From positions 201,310-265,309 of the forward strand of contig FLMG01001570.1 in NCBI GenBank assembly GCA_900088475.1: 64,000 bases of DNA, written 5' to 3'. Below, piece by piece: positions 45,685 through 58,778 of this stretch. The translations under genes were made by a program, and so were the position numbers. This DNA is from Hyphochytrium catenoides. Lineage: Eukaryota; Protista; Hyphochytriomycota. The notes beneath the pieces are model-generated. The model did no database searches. It saw only the letters and a program-made list of their open reading frames with translations, and was not told the DNA's origin. Numbering within the stretch: the first letter of the stretch is position 1; the number at the start of each line of letters is the position of its first letter.

Positions 45685-48254
45685 ATGGTAAACGGACCCC
45701 ACTGCCTGTCTCCCACCCTCTCTCCGCCTCTGATGTAATCCCAACTCCAGGGTACCCTCGCTGAAACCTTCCTTGGGGACCTTGACGAGCTGGGAGAGAG
45801 CTCAGAGGACGAAGAACTCCTCCCCGAGCAGAAGGATGCGGGTCAGAAGCGGAAGCATTCAGACGTGGATGAGGATGAAGTTATGGAGAATGTTGACGAC
45901 AAAAGACTCGAGCCCGTGGACAATGAGTTGGATAGTGTGCTGCAGAATCTGGGTGCTAGGGGCGTACAAGCCGTGACTTCCCTGAGGAGGTCATCTAAGT
46001 TTATTGAGCACATGAAGGTGAGGGCTCGTCACTTTACCGCACCAGGGCCGCCGCGCTTACTCAGACTGCTGCAGAAAATTCACGACTATACGATGAAGCC
46101 TGCGGCGAGAATATCAGGGGGAGCGCTGCAGGATCATCCGGAGTATAAGCTAATTGTGACCAGCAACCAGCTGCTTACCAAGATTGATGACGAGATAGAC
46201 GCGGCGTACAAGTTCGTAGTAGAGAAGTATAACAAAAAGTTCCCAGAGCTTGAGTCTCTCGTGCCGAACCGGCTGGACTACGTCAGAGTCGTGAAGCGAA
46301 TCGCCAACGAGCTGGTACGTCTCTCTTCCTAGAGTAGCTTGCTGTGGTCCACGTTATCAACATCTCACAAGATCTCTGCCTCTCTCTGGCCTATGTTGGG
46401 CCCCTCCAATGCTTATACGCTATCTACGTGTATTTTTCAATGTTGGCGACGCTCGTCTCTTCCGGTGCGTTTCCCATTGCAAGCCTGACAAACACCTCGC
46501 GTGCAGGACATGACTAAGGTCGAGCTCAATGACATTCTGCCGAGCACCGCGGTAATGACCGTTTCCATGAGTTCGTCTACCAGCGGCGCTACTCTGTCCG
46601 AAGAGGACCTGAAAGAGGCAATTGAGGGATGTGATGAAACCTTGGCGCTGGAGAAGGCGCGGAAAGAGGTGAGACATGATCCTCATATTCGTGCGATGTG
46701 TTCCTGACTGATGGCAATGTTCATAGATCTTAACTTTCATAGAGAGCCGTATGGCCTCCATAGCGCCCAATGTTTCTGCCATTGTGGGAACCACCATCGC
46801 GGCACAGTTAATTGGACTTGCGGGCGGCTTGATCAGCCTCTCCAGAATGCCAAGCTGTAATATCCAGGTCTCGAAGGCCGACTTTGCACCAGCTGTGCAG
46901 TCCTTACTCTTCAAATCCTCACTGTTTCTCGTCCTAGTGGGATCGGCCCCACGACACACTCCCTTAAGGCTGTTCACGTCGCTGCTACCTTCACACTTCT
47001 TGATCGTCTCGGTACTGACGGCTGCTCTCCTGACAGATTCTAGGTCAGCAGAGGAAGAACTTAGGCGGCTTCTCGTCCACAGCTGCCCTCCCGCACACTG
47101 GAGTCATCTACCACAGTGACGTCGTACAGAATACGCCACCTTACCTCAGGACTAAGGCCTGCAGAGTGGTGGCCGGAAAGTAAGGACGTACCTCCCTTTC
47201 ACTGCCCTTTCTTCTCTGACTCTGCCTTCACTCCTGCTGGTCCTCATGTCTGATCATAACATCTAACATGCTGGGCTTACCGATGCAGAATAACCTTGGC
47301 GGCGCGTGTAGATAGTTATCAGCAGGATAAGAAAGGTAAGCGGTAGCGCCTTTCTTACTATCTTGGCGGGGAGGCTCATGATCTGCGGACGCCTTAAAGG
47401 ATTGGTGCTAATATGGTCTCTTCATATCGCTACTCTTCTCTTTATACCTAACAGGGACCGCTGGGCAGGACTTCCGGCAACAGATAGACGAGAAAATAGC
47501 GAAATGGCAAGAGCCTGAGAAGGCGCGGACAAAGAAGGCGCTTCCCCGGCCCGACGATAAGCCGCGAAGGAAGCGAGGCGGGAAGAGGTACCGAAAGATG
47601 AAGGAGCGGATGCAGTCAGAGGTGCGCGAGCAGCTCAATCGGCAGACGTTTGGGTCCATCCAGGAGGAATACGGAGACCATGCTATGGGCGTGGAGTTTG
47701 GCATGCTGGGCAAAGAAGGCTCAGGAAAGATGCGCGTCATGAAAAAGGAGCAAAGACAAAGTAGGTCACAGTTCTGGAATTCCACTTTTTTCCGCTGCCC
47801 GTTTTTCTCTCTGTCTTTCCTTTCTTCCCCTTTCTGTCCCTCTTTTTCTCTGTGGTTCAGTTGTCTCTACCTCCCGAGGCCGCTGCCAACTCCCTGTCCG
47901 TCACGCTATACTTGCTCTACCCCTCTCTTCTTTTGTCTTTCAATTCTCGGTGTTATTCTCTTTCTCTCTGTACAACTAACAAACCCTCTTCCACGCCCTC
48001 TTCCAGACACAAAGAAGCTGCGGACACTGAACGCGGGCAGCTCGGGCGCTACTTCGGGGCTGGCATCGTCCCTGGCCTTCACTCCTGTCCAGGGCATCGA
48101 GCTGGTCAACCCTGAGGCGGCGCAGGAGAAGATCCGTCAGTTGAACAAACGGTATGAGACATTGTGATCTCGCCCCCACTGATGAACGGGAACTTACTTC
48201 TCTCTTTGCAGATACTTTGGAGACGGAGGTTTTAGCAAAGTGACAAAAAGTTAA
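45685..48254 (+). CDS. PRPF31: U4/U6 snRNP protein Prp31, multi-exon
   Basis: M|GTLAETFLGDLDEL, PEYKLIVTSN, YNKKFPELESLVPN, APNVSAIVGTTIAAQLIGLAGGL..MPSCNIQ, KWQEP..KALPRPDDKPRRKRGGKRYRKMKER, SGLASSLAFTPVQGIELVNP. Confidence 0.96.
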
Positions 48255-48347
48255 TGAGACGACAAAGCGTAGAGTGTCGCGTTCCGTCATACCATCGTTT
48301 CTCTCACTGTCTCACATGGGCACTCTACCCTCCCCATTGAATATACC

Positions 48348-48349
<2 letters not shown>

Positions 48350-48380
<31 letters not shown>

Positions 48381-48420
48381 AAGAGGAAAGAAAAGAGAGA
48401 AGAAAGAGAGTGTGTGTGTT
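48350..48420 (+). repeat. (GA)n/(GT)n tract between convergent PRPF31 and OGT
   Basis: gagagaga..gtgtgtgt. Confidence 0.85.
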
Positions 48421-48572
48421 GCGACAGAAATCGAGATAGAAAGAAAGAGAAGGACAACCCTGGCCAGAAAGCAAGTTGAAAATGCTGTTTCTTGAAAAGG
48501 TTAAGCAGACGGCCATCTGCTCTAATAAATGACGGTGCTAGTGTACTGTACAGACATCCCGGACCTTCTCTC

Positions 48573-51500
48573 TTACTCCCCACTCCGGACAAGCTTCGTG
48601 GCGCTGCCCTCTCTTCCTGTTTGACCCCGTTTCCGACCCACAATCTTAACATCCTCCTGCTCCCCTCGGTAACCTGGCAACCCTCGATCGCCCTCAGAGC
48701 TGCGTACCTCGTTCTGCTTGATACTCCGTCCCTGCGTTAATGAACTGGGGAGCGAGGAGGAAACATAGATGGCGGCCCCACCATTAAAAGACGTCGTACT
48801 TCTCTGGTCTCCACAACCATTGCTCGTCTCTTCCTCCATTTTTTGCTGAACGTTGATGTGATCTGGAGCGAGCCCCTGCTCGTACCTCTCCCACGCAGCC
48901 ATAATCCCAGCCTCCAGCTGCCGCACCCAGAGCTGAGTGTCAAAGAGGGGGCAAGAGAGTCTGTTGGACTCAAGCTTCTTTCTGATCTCCCACAGTCGAT
49001 CCATGTCCAGCGCCAGGGATACCGCGAGCTCCTCATACTCGTCCAGGTCTTGGCATATCAGCTCTGGGACGTCCGCTGCAGTGAGCAGGCTGGCCGCCAC
49101 TCTTGAGGCCATTCGCTCCTTCGCCACAGTTATCATCGGCGTGCCACCCCAAAGGATGTCACAGCCAGTCGTGTGCGCATTACACTCTGGTGTGTCCAGG
49201 AACAAATCTGCTAGGTATCCACGCTTAAGATGCTCCTCCTTAGGCGCGACATCAGTGAAGAGGATGCGCTCAGGGCGAATGCCCCAGGCTGCAGCCTCCT
49301 GTCTGATCTTCGTCTCGGCGATGGGCGGGAACCTCAAAAGCCAGAGAATAGAGTTGGGCACACGCTTGAGAATGTTCATCCAAGTGCCAAAGGTTTTGGG
49401 GTCAATCTTGTACACTTGGTTGAAGTTGCAGAAGACGAATTTGTCCTCAGGCACTCCATAATGCGTCCGCTTCGGACACTTCTCCAGGTCCAGGACCTCT
49501 TGCGAAGACTGCTTATAGTCGTTCACGAAGTAGCTGTTTGGCATTGAGATTACTTTCTCAGAGTAAAACTTTCTGCTCTCCGGAGGGATGACGATATCGT
49601 CAGCCACCATGTACTCGATGTAGTCGGCGCCTAGAGTACCGCAGAAGCCCATGTAGGAGATCTGGATCGGACAGGGCTTGAGAGCAAAGATCTCGTTCCT
49701 GGCTCCCTTAGTATATCCATTAAGGTTGAAGAGCACGTGCACTCCGTCCTGGTGGATCAGACGGGCAGCATCGCCGCTGGAAAGATGAGAAATGTCCCGA
49801 AAGTGCTCCATCTCAGACTCGATCTTCCGCCTCCATTCTGAGCCGTCATTGGGACTCAGCGCGTAGCCAAATAGCTCAAATCTTGAGCGATCGTGGAAGC
49901 CAAAGATACTCTGCATGAGGTGCGCCAGAGGATGGTTGCCAAAGTCTGAGGAGACATAGCCGACTCGCAGACGCTCCAGTGGACGCTTGGCCCTGAACCT
50001 GAAGGGCGGCATATCAAGGAGCGCTACGCTCAGCTTAGCGCGCTCTGCATATCGACGCGAGATGTCAAGCTGTCTCTGCAGCGTAAAGGGATAGACCAAA
50101 CCGTGGAAAGGCTGCACAGAGGGAAGCGAATTAGGCATCTGTAGTTGGCGCGTGATGATCGCGTCCAAAGTCTCGAAGTCTTTATCCCTCGTCTCCCAGT
50201 CGCAGATAAAAGATAGTGCGTGTACCAAGTTGCTGAATGCATCTGGAAAGTCTGGGCGAAGGGCAAGAGCCTTCCGGTAACAAATAATGGCATCGTCCAG
50301 CCGGCCGCCTATGCAGGATGAGGAAGAGACAGAGAGAACGCGTTTAGCCCATTATTCACACTTGAAAGAGAAGCCTATAATTCCTCCCTGGTGTTCTCTC
50401 TCTCCCACTCGCACATACGCACACACTCTTCGTCTCTCTTTCTAGCTTCATTCGTCTCCCCGGACTCGTCTGCATCAGCCCACTTCCATCAACGGGTCTT
50501 ACCGTCCTTGTAGGCGCTGGCCAGGTTGCTGTAGGCGTCCGCGAAGTTGGGTCTAATCCGTATGGCCGTAGTGTAGCACCGGATCGCGTCATCCAAGCGG
50601 TTCAAGTCCTTCAGTGCGTTTCCGATGTTGCTGTACGCGTCTGCAAACATCGGGTCAATGTTGATGGCCTCCTGATAATGTGCGATCGCCTGCTCCAGCT
50701 TCCCTTGCTCCTTCAGGATACTGCCCAGGTTGCTGTGTGCAGCGGCGAAGCGCGGCATAAGGCGACAGGCGGTCATGTAGCAGTGAATTGCCTCCTTGAC
50801 CATGCCTTTATCTTTCAACGCATTGCCTAGATTATTATAGGCGTGTGGGTCTACGATATATGAGAGTGTCGCGAGCGCAGAAGGCAAGAGAGACGGAGAG
50901 GTGAGACACGAATCTGGTTAGTCTTCTCTGCCCATTCTGAGCGTTATTCAAAGGTAAAAACCTACGGTCTGGCTTGAGACGAAGACACTTGCGATAGCAG
51001 TTGATAGCCTCCTCCAGTTGTCCAACCTCACGCAGCGCGTTTCCCAGATTGTTGTACGCATCAGGGAAGTTTGGCTCGATCTGCAGGATGAGGAAGGTTT
51101 AGAGACTATCGCCTGGATGCCCAGCAACCATCTCAGCCTTCTCTGCTCTCTCTCAGTCGCTTACCATGGCTACCTTCCTACGTCCTCTTCCTGTCGATCC
51201 TTTTACTCTTACTTTACTTCTCCCTTTGCATGTCCCTCTTCCTCCTACTTTCTATCTATTTCCCGTTCTGTCTTTCGCATCCTTCCGGTTGTCCCTCTCT
51301 CACCTGCGTAGCGTGTCTGAAGGTCTTGATGGCTAGCGGCAGGTTGCCCTGGTCGTAGTAGCAGCTGGCGAGATTCCCGTGTGCCAAAGCGAAGTCCGGC
51401 CGGAAACGAATGGCCTCAAGGTAGGAGAGGATCGCCTCATCAATCCGTCCCATATCCTTCAGCACATTCCCCAGGTTACTGTGAGCATCGGCAAAGTCTG

Positions 51501-52741
51501 GCGCCAGGCGAATGGCCTCTTGATAGTAGGAGATTGCAACATCCACCTGCATCAGTAGAGGAAAAAAGAGTGAGAAACAGAGAGAGAGAGATGCTCCCAC
51601 ATGCTCCCACACGCGTTGAAAGATTTAAATGTGAAGAAAAGGGACCTTGCTGCCGTCATTTATTATAACCGACCAGTCCGTGCGGTCTTACCTGTCCTTC
51701 CTCCTTCAGGAGCCCGGCAAGGTTGCTCCACGCGATCGCAAAGTCAGGTCGGATCCTAATGGCCTCCAGGTAGCACTGCTTGGCCTCGTCCAGCCGCCCC
51801 ACAGCCTTGAATAGATTACCAAGATTGCTGTGCGCGTCCACAAGCAGCGGGTTGAGCACCAATGCCATCCGGTAGGTCTCGATAGCCTCCGTAGTGCGGC
51901 CGAGCTGCATATATGCGCTCGCGAGGTTGTTATAAGCATCACAGAAGCGCGGCTTGAGCTTGATGGCCTTCAGATAGAACTGGATCGCTCCCTCAATGTC
52001 ACCCAGATCCTTCAGTGCGTTCCCTAGGTTGCCTGCACCGTGTACGTCATGAGTGAGGTGCACATATAAGCGATCAGGAAGTGGNNNNNNNNNNNNNNNN
52101 NNNNNNCGAGATAGAGAGGGTGAGAGAGAGAAAGAGAGAAGAAGAAGAGGGAGAGAAAAATAGTTGAGGGACGCAGGGGACAAGAGATAGAGAAAAGCAG
52201 AGAAGATCAGGGAATCCAGTGCGTACCGTAGGCCTCACAGAAGTTCGGGTCAATTCGGATGCACTGCTGATTGTAGAAGATGCACTCCGAGTAGTTGCGC
52301 AGCTGGAAGTGGATGGCGCCCAGCAGCAGGAGGTTGTCGGTGCGATAGGCGTCGATCTGGTAGAGCTGCTCGCACGTCAGCCGCGCATTCGTGTACAGCC
52401 CAGCATTGTACTGCTGATGAGCCGTCGCTAGCAGACCTGTCAGTAGCAGAGTCATTAGTAAACGCAGCGCAGTCTTTAGGTTGCAGATCGCCCGAACTCT
52501 CGGCAAACACTCTTCCTGTCCCTCTTCGTCTCTCTCTTGCCTGCTATGGGCTCGGGGATATCGGCTCTCCTCTTTTTCTCTCTCTCTCTCGTTGCTCCTA
52601 TTGTTAACATTCTACTCGTCTTCCATCTCCATCGTCTCCCACGCTCCTTGACTTACTGCTATAGTGTGCATCGTTCCTCGAGAAAAAGGGGCTGATCTCT
52701 CCCAGCGGAGAGGCCGTCCTGAGCTGATACTGATAGTTCAT
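48573..52741 (-). CDS. OGT: O-GlcNAc transferase, SEC/OGT type (TPR array + GT41 catalytic domain)
   Basis: About 13 TPRs (FADAYSNLGN..). Catalytic motifs PSVQPFH, RVGYVSSDFGNHPLAHLM, NLNGYTKGARNEIFAL, FCNFNQVYKIDP, DTPECNAHTTGCDILW, MASRVAAS. The first exon MNYQYQ..HYS at 52741 splices in frame to LLATAHQQY. Confidence 0.95.
52085..52106. other. Assembly gap (22 N) inside an OGT intron
   Basis: A run of n characters next to a GA-rich tract. Confidence 0.99.
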
Positions 52742-53339
52742 TCTGTCTGAGGCTCGTGCCGTCAGCAGGCGTCTCGTATGCTCTTAACACCAGAGAGGAT
52801 ACAGCGACAATGCTATCTGCCTCGCTCAATCTCTCTCATCGCGACTGCAACTATATTGTGAAGCTCTCACGAGATCTTCAGTCCGCCTTTGACCATCATT
52901 GCTCTTTCTCCCAGAAAAACGCTTTTGCCGTCTCAGTTAGCAACCAGTATGTGGAGTGAGGTCGTAGCAGCAGCCGCAGCAGTAGCGGCAGGGCGGGGGC
53001 GGTGGTGAGGAGGTGAAGGTCTCGTGACAGCCCGCTCCGTAGCCTGATCGAAAGCAAGGAAGCGGCCAGGAAAGAAATCCTCCAGCCCCTGAGCGCTGGT
53101 CTCTGATTGATTGTCCGGTGCTCACTCCTTTCCTCCGCCCTCCTCCTGCAACCTTGATCGAGTTGGACCAGCAGAACTGGCGACCTGGCGCTTCCTGTGC
53201 CTCTTCTTCCTCTTCTCTCTCTCTCCCTGTCTTGTTCTGGGTTATTCTGGTCACGCTTCTGTTCCCCTTGGCCTCTCGCCTCACTGTGTCTCACGTAGAA
53301 CTATTGGCGTCATCGTCGTTTGTTCCTCCTTCACAGACT

Positions 53340-53501
53340 ATTCTCTCTCTCTCTTTCTCTCTCTCTCTGTCTCTCTTACCGCTGACATCTCACTCCCTTC
53401 CAGTAGACGTAGCTCTGGGATAATTAAGGCGAGGGACAGGGCGACCTTATGTCTGTGTCAGGCTTGTGGACGCAGCCTCACCGTCTTCCCCATCATCTTG
53501 T

Positions 53502-53549
<48 letters not shown>

Positions 53550-53900
53550 TCTCTCTCTCTCTCTCTCGCTCTCTCTCGCTCTCTCTCGCTCTCTCCCCCT
53601 CCCACACCGTTCGTCGTTGTCTTGTACACTTCTTCGTCTTCCGTTTCCGCCTTTTGTCCATCCTCCTCTGCCTTGTTTCTCCCTCTCTCTCTCTCTTCTT
53701 CTTGGTGACCATCTCCCTTCGTCTCTCTCTTTACCTCTCTACTACCCTCAGCCAGCCCGCTTTTTCTCCCTTGCGCGGCCTCTCCCTCGCCTGGTTCTCT
53801 CTCTCTTTCTCTTCTCTCTCTCTCTGTCTATTACTCATGTCTTATATTTCTTTCTTTCTCTGTCTCTTTTTCATCTCTCTTTCAGTCTTTTCCCTCTCTT
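53340..53900 (+). repeat. Large (CT)n-rich polypyrimidine region upstream of OGT
   Basis: CT repeats with a CGCGCG core near 53541. This region produces the spurious SLSLSL/ERERER ORFs. Confidence 0.9.
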
Positions 53901-55194
53901 CTGCCGTCTTTTCTGTCGCTCTCCATTCACCTCCAGCAGGATTCTCTCCCATCAATTCGTTTTATCTCTTTCGAGTCTGTCTAGCTTTGGCACTGTCATA
54001 AATGGAGCTATTAAGCATCTCCTCCCTTCTCTGACTCCCACGATCACTCCCTCTGTCTCTCCAGATCGTCTGCTTCAAGCGAGGTACAGAGTGACATCGA
54101 GGGAAGGGGTCTAAGAGAGAGAGAGAGGGAGGGAGACAAGAAAAGCCTAGAACGTACAGGACATGAGGGAGGAGGAACAAGCGACACATCTAGACAAGGT
54201 CAGAGAATTGACCCGTAAGATACAGAGTGAGTGGGAGATATACTCAGACTAGTTTGAATAGCTTGATACAGCGAGGAAGAGGTGCCAGGAGAGAGGAGAA
54301 AGGGAAGAGACAGAGTCACCAGCCTTGTCACTCATGTGCCTCTGGTCCAGCGCTTCTCCTCCCCCCTCCCCTGAGAGGCTCACTATTACTAGCGGTATCC
54401 CCCTTATTCCACACAGCGCAGGCGTATTACTACTGCGCTGTAAGGAGGAAACGGTTCCCATTGTCAAGCTTCAGCAGCACCTGGGAATGTCCAGGCGATA
54501 GGCGGGTGGGTGAGGGCGGGTAGGCAGGGCGGGGCTGGTGAGGATGGCGGCCCAAGGTCCGTCCGCCCTCTGACTACCCTCCCTGCCCTGCCCTCCCTCC
54601 CTCTCTCTTTCTCCCAACAGCTAGGCAGCATCCCTGATCTGCACACCACATGCCTTGAGGACCTACCAGACCTCAACTTTTGGCCACCGACAAAGCCCAC
54701 TTCCATTCATTTCACAAGTCAATTACCGCAGGTTTCCTGAAGTGGCAGAATGCTTCAGGAAACCTGGAGGGGCCTTTGTAGCTCTCAGATATATGCACGC
54801 TTTTATTTCGAATTTCCAACTTACAGAAACACAAAACTACTTTTACGAGTGCTACGCACACGTATCCGCCTGCAGCTAGCAGTTGTAGAAATCTCAGTTC
54901 CCAAGTTATCGCTCTCAATAGCCAATAATAGATTAACTAGCCAATGCCTAGATCAGCTATCAGTCATTAGTCATCAGTGGCAAGGGTAAAGGACTATAAA
55001 GCAGGTTGAGTGCAAAATAACGGACATCTCTGTGTGTCTGGGTCACAGGGTTGACAGGGACGAGGTCCGGACAGTGCCTAGAAGCGCGCTGATGATGAGA
55101 GAGACAGAGTGAGAGGCGCCGCGAGTGATGGATGATAAGGGGAAGCAAGTGGCGGCCAGAGCGCGGCGGCGGCGATGTCATGAGCCTCGTACGA

Positions 55195-55222
55195 GGAGAG
55201 AGAGAGAGAGAGAGAGAGAGAG
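55195..55222 (+). repeat. (GA)n microsatellite
   Basis: gagagaga run. Confidence 0.9.
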
Positions 55223-56018
55223 CAAACCTCCTTTAGTGGCCAGCGGCACCGGCGTCGGTAGCAGCATCGATACCAACACCAGCAGCGCGCTGTGCGCTCG
55301 CCTGTCTATTGAGACTCTACTCGCGTTTGGTTCAAAAGCATCAAATATGGTGATGGACGATCTAGGCTGACAACTGAGCCAATTGTTAGAAGCACGCCCC
55401 AGAGATGTGCCTTACTTCCTACCACCGTTTGCTCCTAACCTAAATAGGCCTTCGCTTTTTCGGAAATTAGTACGATTTCCCACCACTCTCGGCATCGAGC
55501 TCAGCTAGTTCTGGCTCTTGGAATTGCCAGGGATGCTCGCTCTGTTCCGACTCAACAGGTCGATATGTGTCTGCTGTGTGTGCCCCTCTTCTCATCATTG
55601 CTGCGAGCCGTCAGTTCTCTGCTGTCGAGCACTTGGAGCACACATAAGGTACCTTGGATTCCCCAAGCTCGAGCCCGATCCCAGCGGTTTACCCCTCTTT
55701 CAAGCTCCATTTTTCTCTTTTATGAAGTCTAGGACTGAAAGCAAATTCCATAAACGATGACTACTTCCCTTGTCAGTCAGCTGCCTGTGGACTGGCAGAG
55801 TTTACACCATGCCACCGCTCCACAGAAGGGATAAATGTAGTTCTCCTTACCTCTTGAGCTGCATTCAGGCGGTCACGTGGGCTCCATCAGGAGATCTCAA
55901 AATCGTTTCTAAGAAAGGAATGCTATGGCTCCCAGAGCGACCCAGTCCTGCCGAAATAACGACGCGACCACTGTCGTAGCCTAATGGCAGATGCCTCTCA
56001 TCCGAACTGTGGCGAAGG

Positions 56019-58778
56019 TTAAAATGGAATAATATTATGCGATTGCTCGGAGGCGATGTCCTCACACAACTCTATCAGGTTCTTCAGCCCCAGCAGGTAG
56101 CCATCATCAGGTCCGCTTAAAGATTCATCCACATAACTGTGGGCAAAGTCAATCATTCTCACGTCTACTCGAGGACCACCACAGCCCGTCTCCTCCCTGG
56201 AACGTATCCCGTCATCAGCCAGCTCGCTTTCTATTGACATGAGCTGTGGTCCAGGATCAATGTCCCCTTCGTACAGCAGTAGGAGAGAGGACGAGTAGAA
56301 GCGAATGCCGCTGCAGAACGACACCTAAGACAAAGGTGAGAGTAAGTCAAAAGCGCATTCAGCAGGAAGCTTAACTTTCGAGAGCTAGGCGCCTCAGCTG
56401 AGCCGAGAAAGAAGAGAATGCCCCTCACCGCGTCAGCCAGCGTTCGGATCCGCTCAAGAAGGCTTTGGAGGCAATCCAATCGCAGGCTCTGTCCATTATA
56501 GAAGAACTGCAAGCAAAGGAGGGCAACTTCCATCAGAGCGGGATGGTGGGCGCTAGGCTTGACGCAAAAACATACTCACCAAGGAGAGTGCCTGCTTAAT
56601 GTTCTCCCTACTCAGCGTCCGACCCCAGAACTTATCGCGCAGCCGATACCTCCGCTCGCTAGGCATGTAGACCTAATAATGCTCCAAATCCTCAGCAACT
56701 ACCGAATGCTTTGTCAAGCTATAAGAGGAATGTAGGGAGTCTACCTGCATCCCGCATAGCCTCAGTCCTAGAGAACCTGACGTTGTCTGCCGGCATTTCT
56801 CCATGTGGCGCAAGACTTTCTCCGGAGGTGTGTCCTCTCCATGCTGTCGCGTCCCCATCTTCACGTCAAGCACGCAAGGGCGGCGAAACTTCTTTGTGAG
56901 GTTTTTCATGATAAGGTACCGACAAACGGTCCCGCTCCGGCCTTGAGAATAGTTGCGGGAAGCGGACGGTAGACGAGCCGGGCCAAACCTTCTCCAAAGG
57001 TTTCGAACAAAATCTGCGGACCTGGGTGTGGACGAGGAAGGGGAAGAGTCCTTGAGCTGAACGTTTGAAGCTGTCTGCTTTGATGTCTCTTTGAGTTTGC
57101 TTTTGGCCTCCATCTGTCGGTCTGCTGGAAAGCTTTCAGACCCTATGCTAACCGCGGTTACAGGGAATCAAGATAAAGCCTCACCTGTTTCCGCGCCTCT
57201 GGAGATCTCTTCATCTCCGGCTCCCAACTGCGAGCGGCCCTAATAAGCAGCCAAAGAAAAAAGGAATTAAGTTCCTTAACAGTGAAAGTGTCAATGAACT
57301 TGATGATGTGTTTGAGTCTTACTTTGGTCGAATGCTCCTCGCGATGAAGCTGAAGCTCCACATCGACAGTTCCCAAGAACTCCGGTGTAAATGGCTTCAG
57401 CCGGGAAAAGTGTGAGTCGAGTTTGTCGTAGAAGTTCAGCTCTAAAGGGATGGCGGGCTTGCAGACGTCACCTTCCTCTGTTATGAGAAAGGGCATGTGG
57501 CCTCCAACCTGATGTTTGTAGAGATAGAGCGGCGTGCCCTCCGATGTGCGTGCCACAGCCTGTCTTAGGTGGTGGTTCAAGGGAGGAGAAGACTTGGCTT
57601 CGGAGTCATGCTGACCATCGCCCTTCTCCCACTCAGATGCTACCGAAGCCGCTGTGGCCGCCTTGGTGGGGATCACCAAAGACACATCCGGTGACAACGG
57701 AGCTTGGGGAATATCGTTATCAAGGTCCTGTCCTCCTCCATATTCAGGCTTCGCTGACCCATTATACGGCGGGACGTCTGCTAGCTTGTCATCTAAGTCC
57801 TGAAGGTCAAGCTCAGTCAGAGACTGCCGTCGATCCCTGGCACGCAGATTCGCATCGAGCCTGTGCCGAAACAAGTTACGAGATGGTAAGGAAGTAGCAG
57901 GCGCAGGGAAGTGAGGGTCGTGGCCCGCTGAGTTTGAAATAAAGTCGCCATGTACCTGGGCTGGGGGGAGAGGAGCTCCAGGTCTCCAGGCTTCGCATCC
58001 GGCTGGGGAGGAAACGTTAGCTTTAAGGGGAGTCTCTCATTTCCTCTGCGTGGCAGATGGAACAAGGAACGTCAGGGACAGTTACCTGCGGCGTCTCGGC
58101 CATCCCATCGACCCTTCAATCACCCATGCCTTCCTTTTTAAGCCCAGCCCGATTAAGGGACGAGGAAAAGCCAAGGGTGCCTTCCCCTTCCTAACCCACA
58201 GAATAGGCACAAAGGCCTTCACGTCCACCTGACAGACCCCAAGGGTGCCGCTCCGAATCAGAATGCGAAGAGAGTTAACAAGCAGCTGGTGCGACCAGCA
58301 GAGAAAACCCTGATGAAAGAAAGAGGTCGTATAACGAATTGTAGAGCGCTGCGGCAATACGAGTCAAGATGTACAGTCAAGGTCTCTGTCAAGACCTTCC
58401 CCTAGCGTCGCCGGCTCTGCTCTCCTCTCCGATCCCTGCCTACCTGCTGCGGCTGCTGCTGCTGTTCCTTGGGCTGATGTTCTGCTCGGCGCTGACGATC
58501 TTGAACTTGGTCCGCCGTCCTCTGTACAGGTGAAGGAGGTGGAGTCACGCCCCCCAAACTCAGTTGCGTCGACCGCTGTTAGAGGACCTCCAGGCTAACA
58601 GACTGGTGTGCATGGCCGTTAGCGGGTCTCGGAGAGCGGAGAGGGATTGATGAAGCGGTGCGAAGCGTGCAACAGCCGGGTAAATAGAAAGATAGAAACC
58701 CCTTCTTCCTCGACCTGCGGCGGCGGCGGCTGCTGGTCCTGCTGCTGCGGAGGAAGGATGGTCCTCCTCCTCTTTCAT
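56019..58778 (-). CDS. Inositol polyphosphate kinase (IP6K/IPMK family) with a long low-complexity N-terminus, multi-exon
   Basis: HQVGGH, ELNFY, YLIMKNLTKKFRRPCVLDVKMGTRQHG (PxxxDxKxG), TTSGSLGLRLCGMQ, RFYSSSLLLLYEG, RMIDFAH, DDGYLLGLKNLI. The start codon is uncertain. Confidence 0.88.

Noticed and set aside
48737-49547. Overlapping ORFs within OGT (and similar ones within XPO4 and PRPF31)
   Set aside because: Antisense or alternate-frame shadows of well-conserved coding sequence, with no independent motifs.
53111-54114. Long ORFs of 296 aa and 221 aa rich in SL/ER
   Set aside because: Translations of (CT)n/(GA)n microsatellites, which contain no stop codons. The same applies to ORFs near 7600-7900, 20670-21050, 36000-36370 and 48270-48520.
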